NCBI RefSeq assembly: GCF_000315625.1
Contig: NW_005434525.1
Coordinates: 1-63,240, forward strand
From: Guillardia theta CCMP2712
Taxonomy: Eukaryota; Protista; Cryptophyta
Direction of reading: 5' to 3'
Length of the DNA stretch: 63,240 nucleotides
In this document: positions 48,937 through 61,388 of the stretch, piece after piece
Position numbering within the stretch: the stretch's first letter is position 1
Layout: every line of letters starts with the position of its first letter
Made by a program: the position numbers and the translations under genes
The notes under the pieces: generated by a model
What the model was told of the DNA's origin: nothing
What the model saw: only the letters and a program-made list of their open reading frames with translations
Databases searched by the model: none

Positions 48937-50014
48937 CTTGACTGCCAGAGAGGGTGGGGTGTCGGTCGAGCACAGATTGAGGGGTGGTGTGGAAAAATTT
49001 TTACTTCCAGATTTGGTGTGAGTTGGTAGGGTGGTAAATAGAAAGGAGGGGGTTATTTTTAATCATAGAAGGGGTAGGGGTGCATTATTTTAGTAGGTAG
49101 GGTACCTTGTTTTTCAACTTCTTGTTTCCCTTAACTTTTGACCAGAAACGGGGGAACAAATGACTAGTTGTTGAAAAATATTTCAATGAGGATAGCAGGA
49201 TAGATCGCAGGAAAGGAGAACGAGGATAACAACGTGAAGTGAGAACGAGAGGAGAACGAGAAGTTGAGAAGATAGATATGAGGTGAATGAGAAGAGAGAA
49301 CGAGAAGTTGAGAAGATAGATATGAGGCATCAGGAAGGGTCGAGGGGGATCTGATAGACTGTCAACTGATGATCGAGGTGTTCAGATAGTTGGATGCTTT
49401 TTACGAGGTGGAATGAGCTGACCTCTCTCCCTCACAGCTGGTCGGGTCGAGGATGCAGACAGAGGAAGACACGGAGATTTCCGTCATGCTTGTCGGAGAT
49501 CCTCTGAAATGTAGGGTAGTCAGTAGGGTGCAGGGTGACGAGATTATGCTAAGAGTCCGGTAGAGTGACATGGTAGCTTCAAGTTCGAAGTAAATATCGA
49601 CGATAATGGCAAGTCCCCGGTCGGAACAGAACAGATTTATCGGGTACATACTTGTTTTCTTTGTCATCGATCATGCAATTGAACTTCTTAAAAAGCAGAT
49701 TTCATATGCTTCTTCGGATTGCTGGATGCTTCGATGTCTGTACACCTGCAACAGAACTCTCTTTCAAAGGGTCACGCCCTCCCCAAGAAGATCTTTCGGA
49801 TTCCCCTCCTCCTCGTCATCACCCGTCAAGCTCAGGCCGTCTCTGTCTCGGGAGGGAGGGCAGAAGCAGCATGCTCTACTTGCGGCTCAGCCTTGAGACG
49901 CTTCGTTGTCTCTTAGCCCCTTGGTCCTAGATAAACTCCTCTCCGTGTACTAGTGTACATGCTATCCCTCTATCTACAGCCCGACCCCTCCCAGCCCCGC
50001 GGCCTTCCCCCTCC

Positions 50015-50107
50015 TCACCTCCTGCTCAGGTTCCCCTCCCGGTCGATGGACGCTGACCACGCGCTGCTGTGAGCGAGGAGGTAGCGCTGGTACGTGCTGG
50101 AGGGAGG
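50015..50107 (-). repeat. Partial copy of the SIDREGNLSRR* module
   Basis: Nearly identical to 50761-50853. Confidence 0.8.
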
Positions 50108-50760
50108 CGTCTTGTCTGGGCCTGTTTTCTTAGAGGTCATGGGGTCCGAGCTCGCTCCAGGCCAGGATAAGGCATCATCTCAAGAGCTATGATGTTCATC
50201 CCTACCTCAGTCCACCTCTCAGGGTATGGACGGATCAGCCTCTACCTCTACAAACGTGTGTTGATGGTTCTGTTCTTACTTTTCCCGACTGCTCAGCCCG
50301 GCTGACCCGTATGGGGTCGTCGAGTCCTGTTGAGCTTCAGCACCATCAGGAGCTCTTTCAAGCCTGATGGTCGATAGCCAGTAGCTCACTGCAGCATCAA
50401 GATATCGGAGACTTTGCTGCTGCGACTAGATCGAAGATGTTCTAAGCATCAACGTAGTTTGGTCCATATGTTGATGACGATGATGGCACAAATAGACTGC
50501 ATGGTTCGTAGACTGATTGATGGTGGTACATGTAGTACAAAACGGTATGGTTCATATACCTATGGTGGTAGAAGTACAGTGGTTTGTAGATGAATGATGA
50601 TGATGATAACATGTGAGCGTTTTCTTGCCATCTCCTCACAGGTCACGAGTGCCTGATGCTATTTCATTCCGGCCTTGCTCTTGCGTTCAGCGAGCTCCTA
50701 GTTCATCAGATTCGTCTTTATAGTAGTTTACATGTGAACCCAACTTCCCATCTCCCTCCC

Positions 50761-50895
50761 TCATCTCCTGCTCAGGTTCCCCTCCCGGTCGATGGACGCT
50801 GACCACGCGCTGCTGTGAGCGAGGAGGTAGCGCTGGTACGGGCTGGAGGGAGGGAAGTTGCCGTGCCGGTCGATGGAGGGGAGGAGGTTGCCTTT
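50761..50895 (-). other. Probable terminal exon GNLLPSIDRHGNFPPSSPYQRYLLAHSSAWSASIDREGNLSRR*
   Basis: Preceded by an AG acceptor-like site. The SIDRxGN motif occurs twice, and two more copies lie in the window. Confidence 0.5.
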
Positions 50896-53800
50896 GTCGC
50901 AATGCAAGCAAGCAGGAGGGAGGAGGCTTTGGAGGCGATCACGGCAGAGAATGCAATGATCGGACGAGGAGAGAGACGAGGGAGAGCTACACCACGTCAA
51001 CATCAAAGAGGGAGGTGCTGGGGGGAAGGGGGGGGGAAGGGGCTGAAAGAGAGAGTCAGAGGTAGCTTGAGGGAGGTCAGAGGCTTGACGCGGGGGAGGG
51101 GGGGAGGGGCGGGGAAGAAGCAGGGGACGTGCGTGCTTGCAAGAGTGGGACGAGTTGTTGTCCCATTAGCTCCAGCAGACACGAACTAGCAACGTCTCAT
51201 AAACCCGGTCACGGGGTTGGTCATAGATTTTACTCATCAACCTTCACCGTGGTAGTATTTCGAATCCTCGGTCACCCGCCAGCTCCCCCAGGCAACGGTA
51301 TATGGCAAACGGGCCCCCACTGTAGCCGGGAGTCCGGTCCGACCCCCCCGGCCCCCGGCAGCGGGGGAAACTTCGGATCAAGATCTCGAGGTTACTCAAC
51401 TTAGTAAAGCCGCTGTGCCAAAGTCTCTCACTGACCGGCATAATCGGAAGCGCCAAGGCTTCACTCAAAGTCACAAATTAAGTTAAAGATCAGTACGAAG
51501 ACAATCCGACACTGATAGGACGGTCGAGGGTCGGCTGAGGCTTAGCAAGTTGACGGCGTACCGGGCTGACGGGTGCCAGACTGTCCGATGGTCGCACAGC
51601 CTGGCAGGTCAAACGGCGAGAAGAGAAAAGACAGCGAGAACCCGGAACCCAATCATCACAGAGTCATTGAATCCTGCCAACTGCTGTTCCCCGAGTCCCC
51701 CAACTTAACTGATACCTTCACTTGTCTGCACGCGGGACACGTTGCCACCGTACTAGCCCTAAACCCCGGTAAACTGGCACGGTGTATGGCGTGACTCTGA
51801 CTGAGTGACTTGGGACTTGCCGGTCCGGCCCGGACCGGCCCGGTCCAAGTTGCATACGGCCCGGCTAACCAACTGTCACAGGAGGCCGCTGAGGCGGCGG
51901 CTCAGTCCGTGTGACGACGACGTTTATTTGTACTTTTAAAAGACCTTTCGAGACGACGAGAGGATATTCATACGAGATTTACTCATCGAAAAGACGTCTT
52001 TTGACACCTAATCATGCGGACAATTTGTACCAACAGAGAACTTTTGGATTCTTGTGACTGCAAATAGGGCTGATGGGTACTGCTGCTGACATCAGGATTC
52101 AAATAGTTGGGGGTAGGTGGCTCAATTGAGCTGGGGGTCATGGGTAAAAGATCCATGGTATGCACAGATGGCTATAATTTCATAGAGACAGACATAGAGA
52201 ATATTGCATGAGGGGTGGAGCCTTATCACGTCAATGGCGTCTTTCGCAAGTCCTCTCATCTCCCTAACGTGTGGGTAGGGTGATCGAAGGGAACCCAGGT
52301 ACGTGGGAAGACCCGATGACTGAAATCTAAGTCCAGGGGGTGGGTACCCGTACTGACCTAGTGAGCCCCACTTAAAGAAGCACCACCCTGACCCCCCTTA
52401 TCTACCGACATCAATTTCTGTACCCCACCCGGTACCTCGCCACTGCAGCCACACTTGTACCAGATCCATTCTGCAACCACGGGTAATGAGTACCCCAGTG
52501 ACCCTGAGATGCCCTACCCTCACCACCCCACCCCCATGGACGTTAACTATATGCATGGCACGTCCGTCAGCCAATCTTTCAGGCACCGGTGGTCAACCAC
52601 CCACCCCACCTGTATCTACGCCTATGAACCCCTAGGGAGCCCGATTCGACAATCCCCCTCCCAGGTTCGAATGACTGCATACCACCCCACCCACCAGTGA
52701 TGAGCGAAAAAAGCACCCTTGCTGGTTGACCCTCCAAATTTGTACCCCTACCCCTATCATCGGTACATTGTACCCACCCATGGTTGGTGAAGGAACTGGT
52801 CTTCAGTGATACCCTACCCGTACTATAACACTACACCCCTACCCCATTAGTGAGTTCAGCATTAGAACCCTACCATACGGCTGAGACATTGGTTGTTGGG
52901 AAAGAACCCCCGTAAGACGATAAACAAAGACATTTGTACCCCACCCACTCGTTTTCAGCCAAAACTGACCCCTAACCCCATGTTGTATATTGCCCACCCT
53001 CTCTACCAAGGGCTTCGGTTGGAACTACCCCAGCAAGGCTGATCACCCCTACCCACTACTTTGTCATTTGCTCGCACCCTACCCCCTAACTGAACACTAA
53101 ACCCTCAACGAGACTGGAGAGGGAGCATGCGAGTATGGCGATGGAGTTGATAGGTTCAGCGATGGAGCAGAGGGAGAGGGCGGGAGGAAGAGGAGGAGGA
53201 GGAGGATGAGGATGGATGCTCTGAAGAAGCAGAAAAGAGCCAGGAGGAGGGATGTTAGGAGTCTAATATGATGCATGAGGCTGAAGGTACTGAAGCCTTC
53301 TGTGGGATGTGAAAATCCTGGAGGGGTAGGAAAGGCGGACAAGTGGATCAAGACACTTCAAGAACGAAATAGCAAAGAAATTTGAAGGAGAATGATGAAG
53401 AATTGATTGCAAGTCCTTTTAGGACAGATTTCTAGTCCTCGTAGGACAGTAAGGAGAAATCGGCAGGACAGTTTGTTTGAGGATGTGTTCAAACTAAGCA
53501 AGGAATTGGAAAGACATCACATATATTCGGAAGGATGTTTCAAAGGATGTTTCAAATTTTCGATTGTTACAGATAGGAGATTGCTTTAGACCTTAATCAG
53601 AGCTGAAGTCGTGTTCAAGATACGGCTACAAGGATAACCGACGTGATTTCACCAAGTGTAGTTGATTACATGTATTGGGTGTAGATGTATTGTGTGATAG
53701 CGAATTTTGGAATATCATCACTTTCTTGAGTTATTGCCCATGTCCTCACAGCTTTTAGTCTTTTCTCATGTGCTGAACGAGCCTCTCCAGTCTTCGTTTA

Positions 53801-54016
53801 CTGATGTTTCTGTATTTCAGTTGGAACGCGTTGGCTGTTTTTCTCGCGGCGAAATGGCTCCTTGAAGGTAGTGATACAGCAAGTCAAGCAGAGGAAGGGA
53901 GAAAAGAGATCACATCAGAAAAGAGACAAACAAGAAGCTCGAAATCAAGAAAAGAAATTGGAGGTGGCAGTGGGAGCAAGGAGTGAACGGACTCGTTCAA
54001 GGTCACTTAGATCGCA

Positions 54017-54754
54017 ATGGTGGAGACCAACCTGGTGGAGGAGCTTCGGTCTAAGTACAGCTCGTCGGAGACTCCGCGCAAGGAAGGCTACCAACAGCCA
54101 AGGGTAACCCCTGAGCTTGCATTCCGCGAACCTCCAGCACGTTCCTCTGACAAATGGAGCAGGCGGGCTACAGCGGTCACGTGCCAGGCCTGGTCGCGCT
54201 GAACCTTCATGGCGCCACGTGGCTGTCGCTCATGCAGTCGGTGAAGGGGGCGCAAACGACGCGCAATGTCGTCGACGAGCTGAACAACTCGTCGCCCGCC
54301 CGCAAGATGCTTCCTCTTGGTTCCAAGGAGGTAGCGGCCTCGCTAGAGCTGGGAAAGAGACTGGAGGGCACCAAGACGTCGAGACCTGGCAGCACAACCT
54401 CGAGGAGCAGCAAGCGTTGGTCCCCTCCTGTTGCTGGCTACACCGGCCACGTCCCTGGCTATGTGGCCAGGAACATGCATGGGGCGAGCTGGAAGGTGAT
54501 GAAAGGAGTGCGTGATAGCGCGCCTGATACCCTCTCCGCAGATTCTTCTCTCCCCTCGTGTCGTCCCTGCAGATGATCTCTACGGCGAGAACGCGAGCAG
54601 CGGGTCTGAGAGCGGGAAGTCAAAGGTGATACTTTGCTTCTCCCTGCACTCCTGCTCGCCCCCAGCTGACAGCCTTGATGTGCAGGGCTCTGTCGACCCT
54701 CCGAAGATTCCGAAGATGCTGCTGGGGTACTTGCGCAAGTCTCAGTCGCGCTAA
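54017..54754 (+). CDS. GYxGHVPG-repeat protein, FAM166/CIMIP2-like putative ciliary microtubule inner protein
   Basis: Exon 1 (54017-54103) splices in frame to 54163. Two repeats, AGYSGHVPG..LHGATW and AGYTGHVPG..MHGASW. Two further short exons end at TAA 54754. Confidence 0.65.
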
Positions 54755-55185
54755 GAGGAGTGGAGTGTAGGATACCGAGCTGTGCCCTCCTGGTCTCTCT
54801 TCTCCAGCCTCGTGGACTTGTTCCAGGCCAGGAGCGTCAATCTCATCTGCAGTTCATTTTGAAATTCGGCGAATCACGAACTTTTTTTCCTGGACAGCAG
54901 GGCGTCTACCCCCCCTGTCTGTAGAAGGAGGAAGAGGTGGAGACGTCCTAGCGAAGATGGAGGAATGAGAAGGGAAAGGAGGCGGAGGACTATTTCACGA
55001 ACTCAGGCCAGCTCTTGTTGTGTATATTGGTACTTCCATCATGTAGATTGTTTTGCACAGGAAGATTAAATGAAAGCTCACGGAAAGCATGAAAGCATGT
55101 CATGAGACTTGTTTCCTCCTCCTCCTCCGTCCTATCTCGTTCGTTGAGTTCCCCGACCTCTAGTCATTCCCTTTGAACACCCCTA

Positions 55186-58100
55186 TCACTCCATTCTAGC
55201 CTTCGTCCTCCTCCCCCCCCTCGCATCCCCCGCCAGCCCGAGGCTGCTCAGGTCCAACTTGAGCTTCGACTGAGGAAGATCGTCATGTCTGACCGGCTCG
55301 AGGCTGCGCGTGGAGCTCGAGGCTCTGGTGGAGGGGCGAGGAGGGAGGGGAGTGGACCTCGGAACTTGCCGGAGGAAGCCTTCCTGCAAGACTGAAGGAT
55401 ACACTCGGTCCTCCGACCTGTTGCGATTCACGTACTCGTGCAGGGTCGTCGGTACCAGGTGGATATGGCTGAGATGCTTGTTGCCCTTCGTTTGCTGGTG
55501 CTGGTGCTGGTGCTGATCATTCTGGGAGTTGTTTTGATTCTCAGCTCCTACTCCCTGAGGCTCGCTCTGTCCTCGTGGCTTCTCAGACTGCGGCACAAAC
55601 TCCATCAGCCCCTGCTGGTCTCTTGCTGGGAGGTGCGCAAGGGTCGGAGAGGATTCATACCTCAGGGGAGATCCAGCGGGAGGGTTCCAGCGGCTGCGAC
55701 GAGGAGCGAGAGGGAACCAGCGACGGGAAAGAATCTGCAGGGCCAGCATGTGAGATCAGGGAGGAGGCAGGAGGCAGGAGGCAGGAAAGGAAGTTGATGA
55801 AGTTTTTTGCAGGTTCCAGAGGCAAGCAGAGGAAACAGAAGGAAAAGGGAGTGAAAGGGAGGGAGAAGAAGACGAAAAGGGGGAGAAGGGAGAGGGGACA
55901 AGGAAACACATAGAGGAGGGAGCGGGGGTGAAAGAAGGAGAAGGAGGAGCATTGGTCGGGGAGGAGGAAGCAGGATGTGTTGAAGTGCTGCTGGAGCGAG
56001 AGGGCGTGTGATGGGTGTGAAGGAGCAGAGAGGTAGAGATGAAGGAGGAGGAGCAGCAGAGAGGTAGAGATGAAGGAGGAGCAGAGAGGTAGAGATGAAG
56101 GAGCAGCAGAGAGGTAGAGATGAAGGAGCAGCAGAGAGGTAGAGATGAAGGAGGAGGCGCAGAGAGGTAGAGATGAAGGAGGAGCAGAGAGGTAGAGATG
56201 AAGGAGGAGCGGCAGAGAGGTAGAGATGAAGGAGCAGCAGAGAGGTAGAGATGAAGGAGGAGCAGCAGAGAGGTAGAGATGAAGGAGGAGCAGCAGAGAG
56301 GTAGAGATGAAGGAGGAGGATCAGAGAGGTAGAGATGAAGGAGCAGCAGAGAGGTAGAGATGAAGGAGGAGGAGCAGCAGCAGCAGAGAGGTAGAGATGA
56401 AGGAGCAGCAGAGAGGTAGAGATGAAGGAGGAGCAGAGAGGTAGAGATGAAGGAGCAGCAGAGAGGTAGAGATGAAGGAGCAGCAGAGAGGTAGAGATGA
56501 AGGAGGAGCAGAGAGGTAGAGATGAAGGAGGAGCAGCAGAGAGGTAGAGATGAAGGAGGAGCAGAGAGGTAGAGATGAAGGAGGAGCAGAGAGGTAGAGA
56601 TGAAGGAGGAGCAGCAGAGAGGTAGAGATGAAGGAGGAGCAGCAGAGAGGTAGAGATGAAGGAGGAGCAGAGAGGTAGAGATGAAGGAGGAGCAGAGAGG
56701 TAGAGATGAAGGAGCAGCAGAGAGGTAGAGATGAAGGAGGAGCAGAGAGGTAGAGATGAAGGAGGAGCAGAGAGGTAGAGATGAAGGAGGAGCGGCAGAG
56801 AGGTAGAGATGAAGGAGGAGCAGAGAGGTAGAGATGGAGGAGGAGCAGAGAGGTAGAGATGAAGGAGGAGCAGCAGAGAGGTAGAGATGAAGGAGCAGCA
56901 GAGAGGTAGAGATGAAGGAGGAGCAGAGAGGTAGAGATGGAGGAGGAGCAGAGAGGTAGAGATGAAGGAGGAGGCGCAGAGAGGTAGAGATGAAGGAGGA
57001 GCAGCAGAGAGGTAGAGATGAAGGAGGAGCAGAGAGGTAGAGATGAAGGAGGAGGAGCAGAGAGGTAGAGATGAAGGAGGAGCAGCAGAGAGGTAGGGAT
57101 GAAGGAGGAGCAGCAGAGAGGTAGGGATGAAGGAGGAGGAGCAGAGAGGTAGAGATGAAGGAGGAGCAGAGAGGTAGGGATGAAGGAGGAGGAGCAGAGA
57201 GGTAGAGATGAAGGAGGAGGCGCAGAGAGGTAGAGATGAAGGAGGAGCAGCAGCAATTGAATCTCAATCTCTCCCATCCTCACCCTTTGTCCTCATCCCC
57301 TTCAGGGTTGCTGTAGAAGGACGGGAGGACTCTGGATCGCTCTCCTGGCCCTGTAGCTGGTGCTGTCCAAGTGAGGAGAACTGTCCTGTGTACAGCCCAC
57401 CAGGAGAAACCTTCAGCCTTCGCTCCAGGGCCAGCAGTATCTTCTTAGAGCACATCTCTCTCAGCGCATAGTTGAGCATGCTTTTCACTTCGCACATGCT
57501 CAGGTCCACCACGGCCAGCTCCGACTCCAACTGATGCACCTTGTCCCCGAAGATGGTCCCAGCTGAGAACTTGACCTGGACCGAGCTGGAAAACGTCACC
57601 ACCAGGATCGGCTTCTGATTCCCCAGCGCCAGCGAGTAGAATAGTAGGAGACTCTCATCGGTCTCCGGGCTCAGATCCTCCGTGACCACCAGGACCAAGC
57701 ACGAGCTGTTTGCTGCTGCCTGCTCCGCCATTCGTTGCTGCCTATAGTCCAGCCTTACCCCTCCACTCTTGTCCTCTTCTTCTATCGATGCTCTTTCCTT
57801 CCCTTCCCCTTCCTCACTATCTGAGTTCACTCCTCCCCTCTCCTCTTCTGCTATACGCAGGCCGTTCTTCACGTACTCTACCGTCCCAACCGCGTACCCT
57901 CCTCGCTTCAGCACACCACTCACAAATGCTGCCAAACCCTCCATGCTCCTTCCAGCCACCACCAGCCCATCTCTCCTCCGCTGCCTCTGCTGCTTCATCG
58001 CTTCAGCTGTCCTGCTCTTCGATGCTCTCAGCAGTGCCGCATCGGAGGAGATGGCTGTCCTCCAGGACAGGTCCTGGTTCCAGGGTGTCTCACCCTTCCT

Positions 58101-58226
58101 CCCGTAGTAGAACTTCCCTCCTCCTCCTGCCGCTCGCCCCACCCCACTCCCTTCCTCGATCCCCCCAAGTGCCCCCACACCATTCTCTCGGTCCTCTCCT
58201 ACCCCTCTCCTCTGTATACCACTCAT
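55186..58226 (-). CDS. Two-exon protein with a degenerate TIR-like domain
   Basis: Exon 1 (58226 to ~57283) has MAEQAAANSSCLVLVVTEDL..YSLALGNQKPILVV, resembling TIR_2 strands C-D. Probable exon 2 runs from ~55735 to 55186. The intron holds a minisatellite. Confidence 0.55.
56022..57255. repeat. Intronic purine-rich minisatellite: core agagaggtagagatgaaggag plus variable gag/cag triplets, ~40+ units
   Basis: Directly visible. Unit length varies in steps of 3. Confidence 0.95.
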
Positions 58227-59099
58227 GAAACCCCCACCCCCTCATTATTGCAAACTAGGGGTACCTTTGACTGCAACAATGCTGGTACTTGACATAACCC
58301 CTTCGTACTCCAATCACCACCCTACCCCCCTCTCAATCCTCAGCCTGGAGTTCAACGGACGAATGCCCTCTGAGGGGACCTAACAGACCTTCCGTTACAT
58401 TACAGTTACAGTTATGTTTGTTGCCCGACCTCAGTGGGGTGGCAACTTTTCCCGCCTTCCCAGCACGATAGGCATCATGGTGGAGAATGCAAACGACAGA
58501 GGAGACACAGTGTGTGCTGTTTGTTTGTTCCTCTTGATCCGACCAGCAAGTTACAGACGCATATGTGCAGAGGTGAAGGGAACGAGATTCTAGAACACAA
58601 CTTCTGTCGTGGTTCGGAGTGCTACTCGTGGAGGCTGGTGGATCCGCTTCTATGCCAAACTCTGTATCTATAGTGCCAAAGAAGGCTCAGAAACGAAGCA
58701 AATCAGAGGAAGGCAAGGTAGGAAGAGAGGGCGGATACTGGCGACGAACAAGATCGAAGGATTCGGCAAATTACTGGATCTGTGAACGATGCCTTCTTGC
58801 AATCAAAGGAAAATTGAGTCCATGGCCAGGCAGGAAGAGGTCGCTCTGCGGACAAATAGCTTGTTGGTATCTCAGATCCTCAAGATGACACGGGTACTTC
58901 GTGGACATGACTTGCCAAGTGACGTGCGGCATATTATAGAAATTGAATTGCAACAGCAGAAGCGTAAGTGGCATGCACGCCATGCGGACAAAAAACGACA
59001 GGAAACCACGATCACCGTACAGGAGGACGGCGAAAGATCACCGGGTTTAGGTCCTGCATCCTCCGCACCAGGGCAGTACGCATGAGGTGATTGTGGTTG

Positions 59100-59420
59100 C
59101 TGTGTAATCACGAAAGTCCATGCCTTCCGGCAATGGACACTTGCTCTCAAGTTCGAACCTAAGCATACCTCGGGTGAATGCAAGACTATCGTGAGTACTC
59201 CCGGGATGCTCAAAGCTGTACCACACTGGCAAGAGCTTGCTGCCCGGATTAGCGTCACATACAGCTTGAATGTTCAAGGCGAACAATCCCTTTCGTGTGA
59301 AGTATCTTGCAGCCCTGAATTGCTGTCACAGTGTGTTCCTTCAACACATTGAAGCCTGACAATCATACCATCTAGAGCACCGATACACTTGTCAATAACG
59401 CCCATACACGACTTGGCCTC
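59100..59420 (-). pseudogene. Frameshifted fragment of a PIF/Harbinger transposase
   Basis: GVIDKCIGALDGMIVRL in one frame continues as FALNIQAVCDAN..PGSTHDSLAF in another. No flanking parts are present. Confidence 0.85.
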
Positions 59421-59730
59421 AACCCCTTGCGTGAATGATAGATCTGACTCCCGGAGTTCCGAATTCCCGGGCCCGGGCCCCGGCATTGGCCCGGCCCGGC
59501 CGGGCGACTGAGCCTCGGAGCGAGTTCCGACAGACTCGGTGACTTCCCGATAGACAAAATTTGAATTAGGGCTGTTCCCGCCAAACTGCCCGTTCGCCCC
59601 CGCCTCCCCTGCCCTCCCACTGCCGCCAGACTGCTGCCTGAGTCTCGCAGCGACAGGACGCGTTCTTCCTCCTTCATCACATCCTAGCTCAAGATCCTCG
59701 TGCTCTCCCCGTCCCTTCAACTCGTTGAAC

Positions 59731-61068
59731 ATGGCGACTAAGAGGAAGCTTGCCTTTCCCACCACTCTCCCTCCGTCTGACGACGATAGCCGCTCTTCCT
59801 CTGACGACCCCCAGAGCCGCACCGTACTTCCTAGAGCTGTGAGGCGCAAGAGCAAGTTCATGCATACGTCTTTGGAGGACGAGCAGAGGGAGGAGAGGAA
59901 CTTTGACTGGTTGGCTTGGAGCCAGTCGATCACAGACTTCCAGTTCCGCGTCTTCTACCGCATGTCTAGAAAGGCCTTCCATCGTCTCATCGAAGTGATC
60001 CTCCCCGACTACCGCTGGAGTACGGCCAAGGGGGTCACGGATGAATTATTTGAGGATCTAACAGTGGATGAGAAGGTGTCCATGACGTTGCGATGGATGG
60101 CAGGAGCGCCGACCATGGACATTATTTGGTTCCATCAAGTGACGGAGGAAGCGTTCGTCAGGTCGAGGAAGGAAGTGATAGAAACCTTCTTCTTCTGCCC
60201 CTCCCTGCAAATCGTCCGCCCCGACCTTGACGACGTCGAGGAGCTGGACGCGATATCGCAAGGGTTCGCACAGATTTCACCGCACGGCATCTTTGACAGA
60301 TGCATCGGGGCCGTCGACAACATGCTGATCAACCTGCAGTCCATCGAGGGCAAGCTTGCTCAGTCTGCCGAGCTCTACAAGTCGAGGAACGGCGGCTTCG
60401 CCCTCAAACTCCATGCCGTCACCGATGCATCTGGAAGATTCCTTGTAGGCCGCGTCGTCCCCTGCGCCTCCTGTTACCCCGACGCCTGGGCGCTAGGAGA
60501 GCTGGGGATGGAGCTGGACGCGAGGCTCGAGAAGCTGGACGGGAGGTACATTGTGGGCGATGGGGAGTACGACCGCGAATCAGGTGTCCTGACGCCCATC
60601 GAGGGTTCGGAGCTGAGCGAGTACGAGCTGAGCTTCAACTATCACCTCTCCCTCGCTCGCGCGCCTGTCGAGCGAGCGTTCGGGATGGTGGTGAGACGAT
60701 GGCCGATCCTGTGGCGGCGGCTGAAGTTGGACGACTACAACCTGATCTGCAACATGATCCTCACATGCCTCCTCCTCCACAACTTCATCATGGACGTGGA
60801 CAAGGACAAGGCGGAACCGGAGCGCGAGTTCAGCCTTGACCACGAGGTTTGTGGGCACATCTACCCTGCTGGGCGGCTGACGGAGAACGATCGCCCTCTG
60901 GAGAACAACAACGGAGCACCCGCGTACAACTTGTGGTACGTGGGATACGATCACGGCTACGAGGATGATGAAGACCCTTGGAAGTCAGAGATCCAAGATA
61001 GGATCGTTGAGCGTCTTGAAAACTTCGGTCTTCGGCGTCCTTTGCCAAAGGCGATCCGACGATCGTGA
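59731..61068 (+). CDS. Intact HARBI1-like PIF/Harbinger DDE nuclease (DDE_Tnp_4)
   Basis: FYRMSRKAFHRL; CIGAVDN; YIVGDGEY; FNYHLSLARAPVERAFG..RRWPIL; CLLLHNF. Intronless, with D-D-E positions present. Confidence 0.92.
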   Translation: MATKRKLAFPTTLPPSDDDSRSSSDDPQSRTVLPRAVRRKSKFMHTSLEDEQREERNFDWLAWSQSITDFQFRVFYRMSRKAFHRLIEVILPDYRWSTAKGVTDELFEDLTVDEKVSMTLRWMAGAPTMDIIWFHQVTEEAFVRSRKEVIETFFFCPSLQIVRPDLDDVEELDAISQGFAQISPHGIFDRCIGAVDNMLINLQSIEGKLAQSAELYKSRNGGFALKLHAVTDASGRFLVGRVVPCASCYPDAWALGELGMELDARLEKLDGRYIVGDGEYDRESGVLTPIEGSELSEYELSFNYHLSLARAPVERAFGMVVRRWPILWRRLKLDDYNLICNMILTCLLLHNFIMDVDKDKAEPEREFSLDHEVCGHIYPAGRLTENDRPLENNNGAPAYNLWYVGYDHGYEDDEDPWKSEIQDRIVERLENFGLRRPLPKAIRRS

Positions 61069-61388
61069 AGAGGAGGAAGCGTGTGTTGCTTGCATGCTTG
61101 AGCAGGATGTACAAGATGCAATGCAAGCTGATTTGTGATATTGAAGTGCATCTTTGAACAATTCTCACTCAGACAAAACACAGAAGTGAGAATGAAACTT
61201 GATGTAGGGTGCTGCTGACACCTTGCCTGCTCTGACCTCTTGGGGGTTTCACTTCACATTCGTATTTGTAGTCCATTACCAACAGGGCTTGTGCGGGTCA
61301 GCAATATTCTCAAAACCTCAGATGAAGTTGAAACTTTCCTCTCGCCCTCCTCCTGCTCGTCCTCTCCCTCTTTCTTTCAACTGCCACC

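Noticed and set aside
58600-59085. Myb/SANT partner gene of the Harbinger element
   Set aside because: Fragments look coding-like, but I cannot identify the Trp-spaced Myb/trihelix pattern; needs an HMM search.
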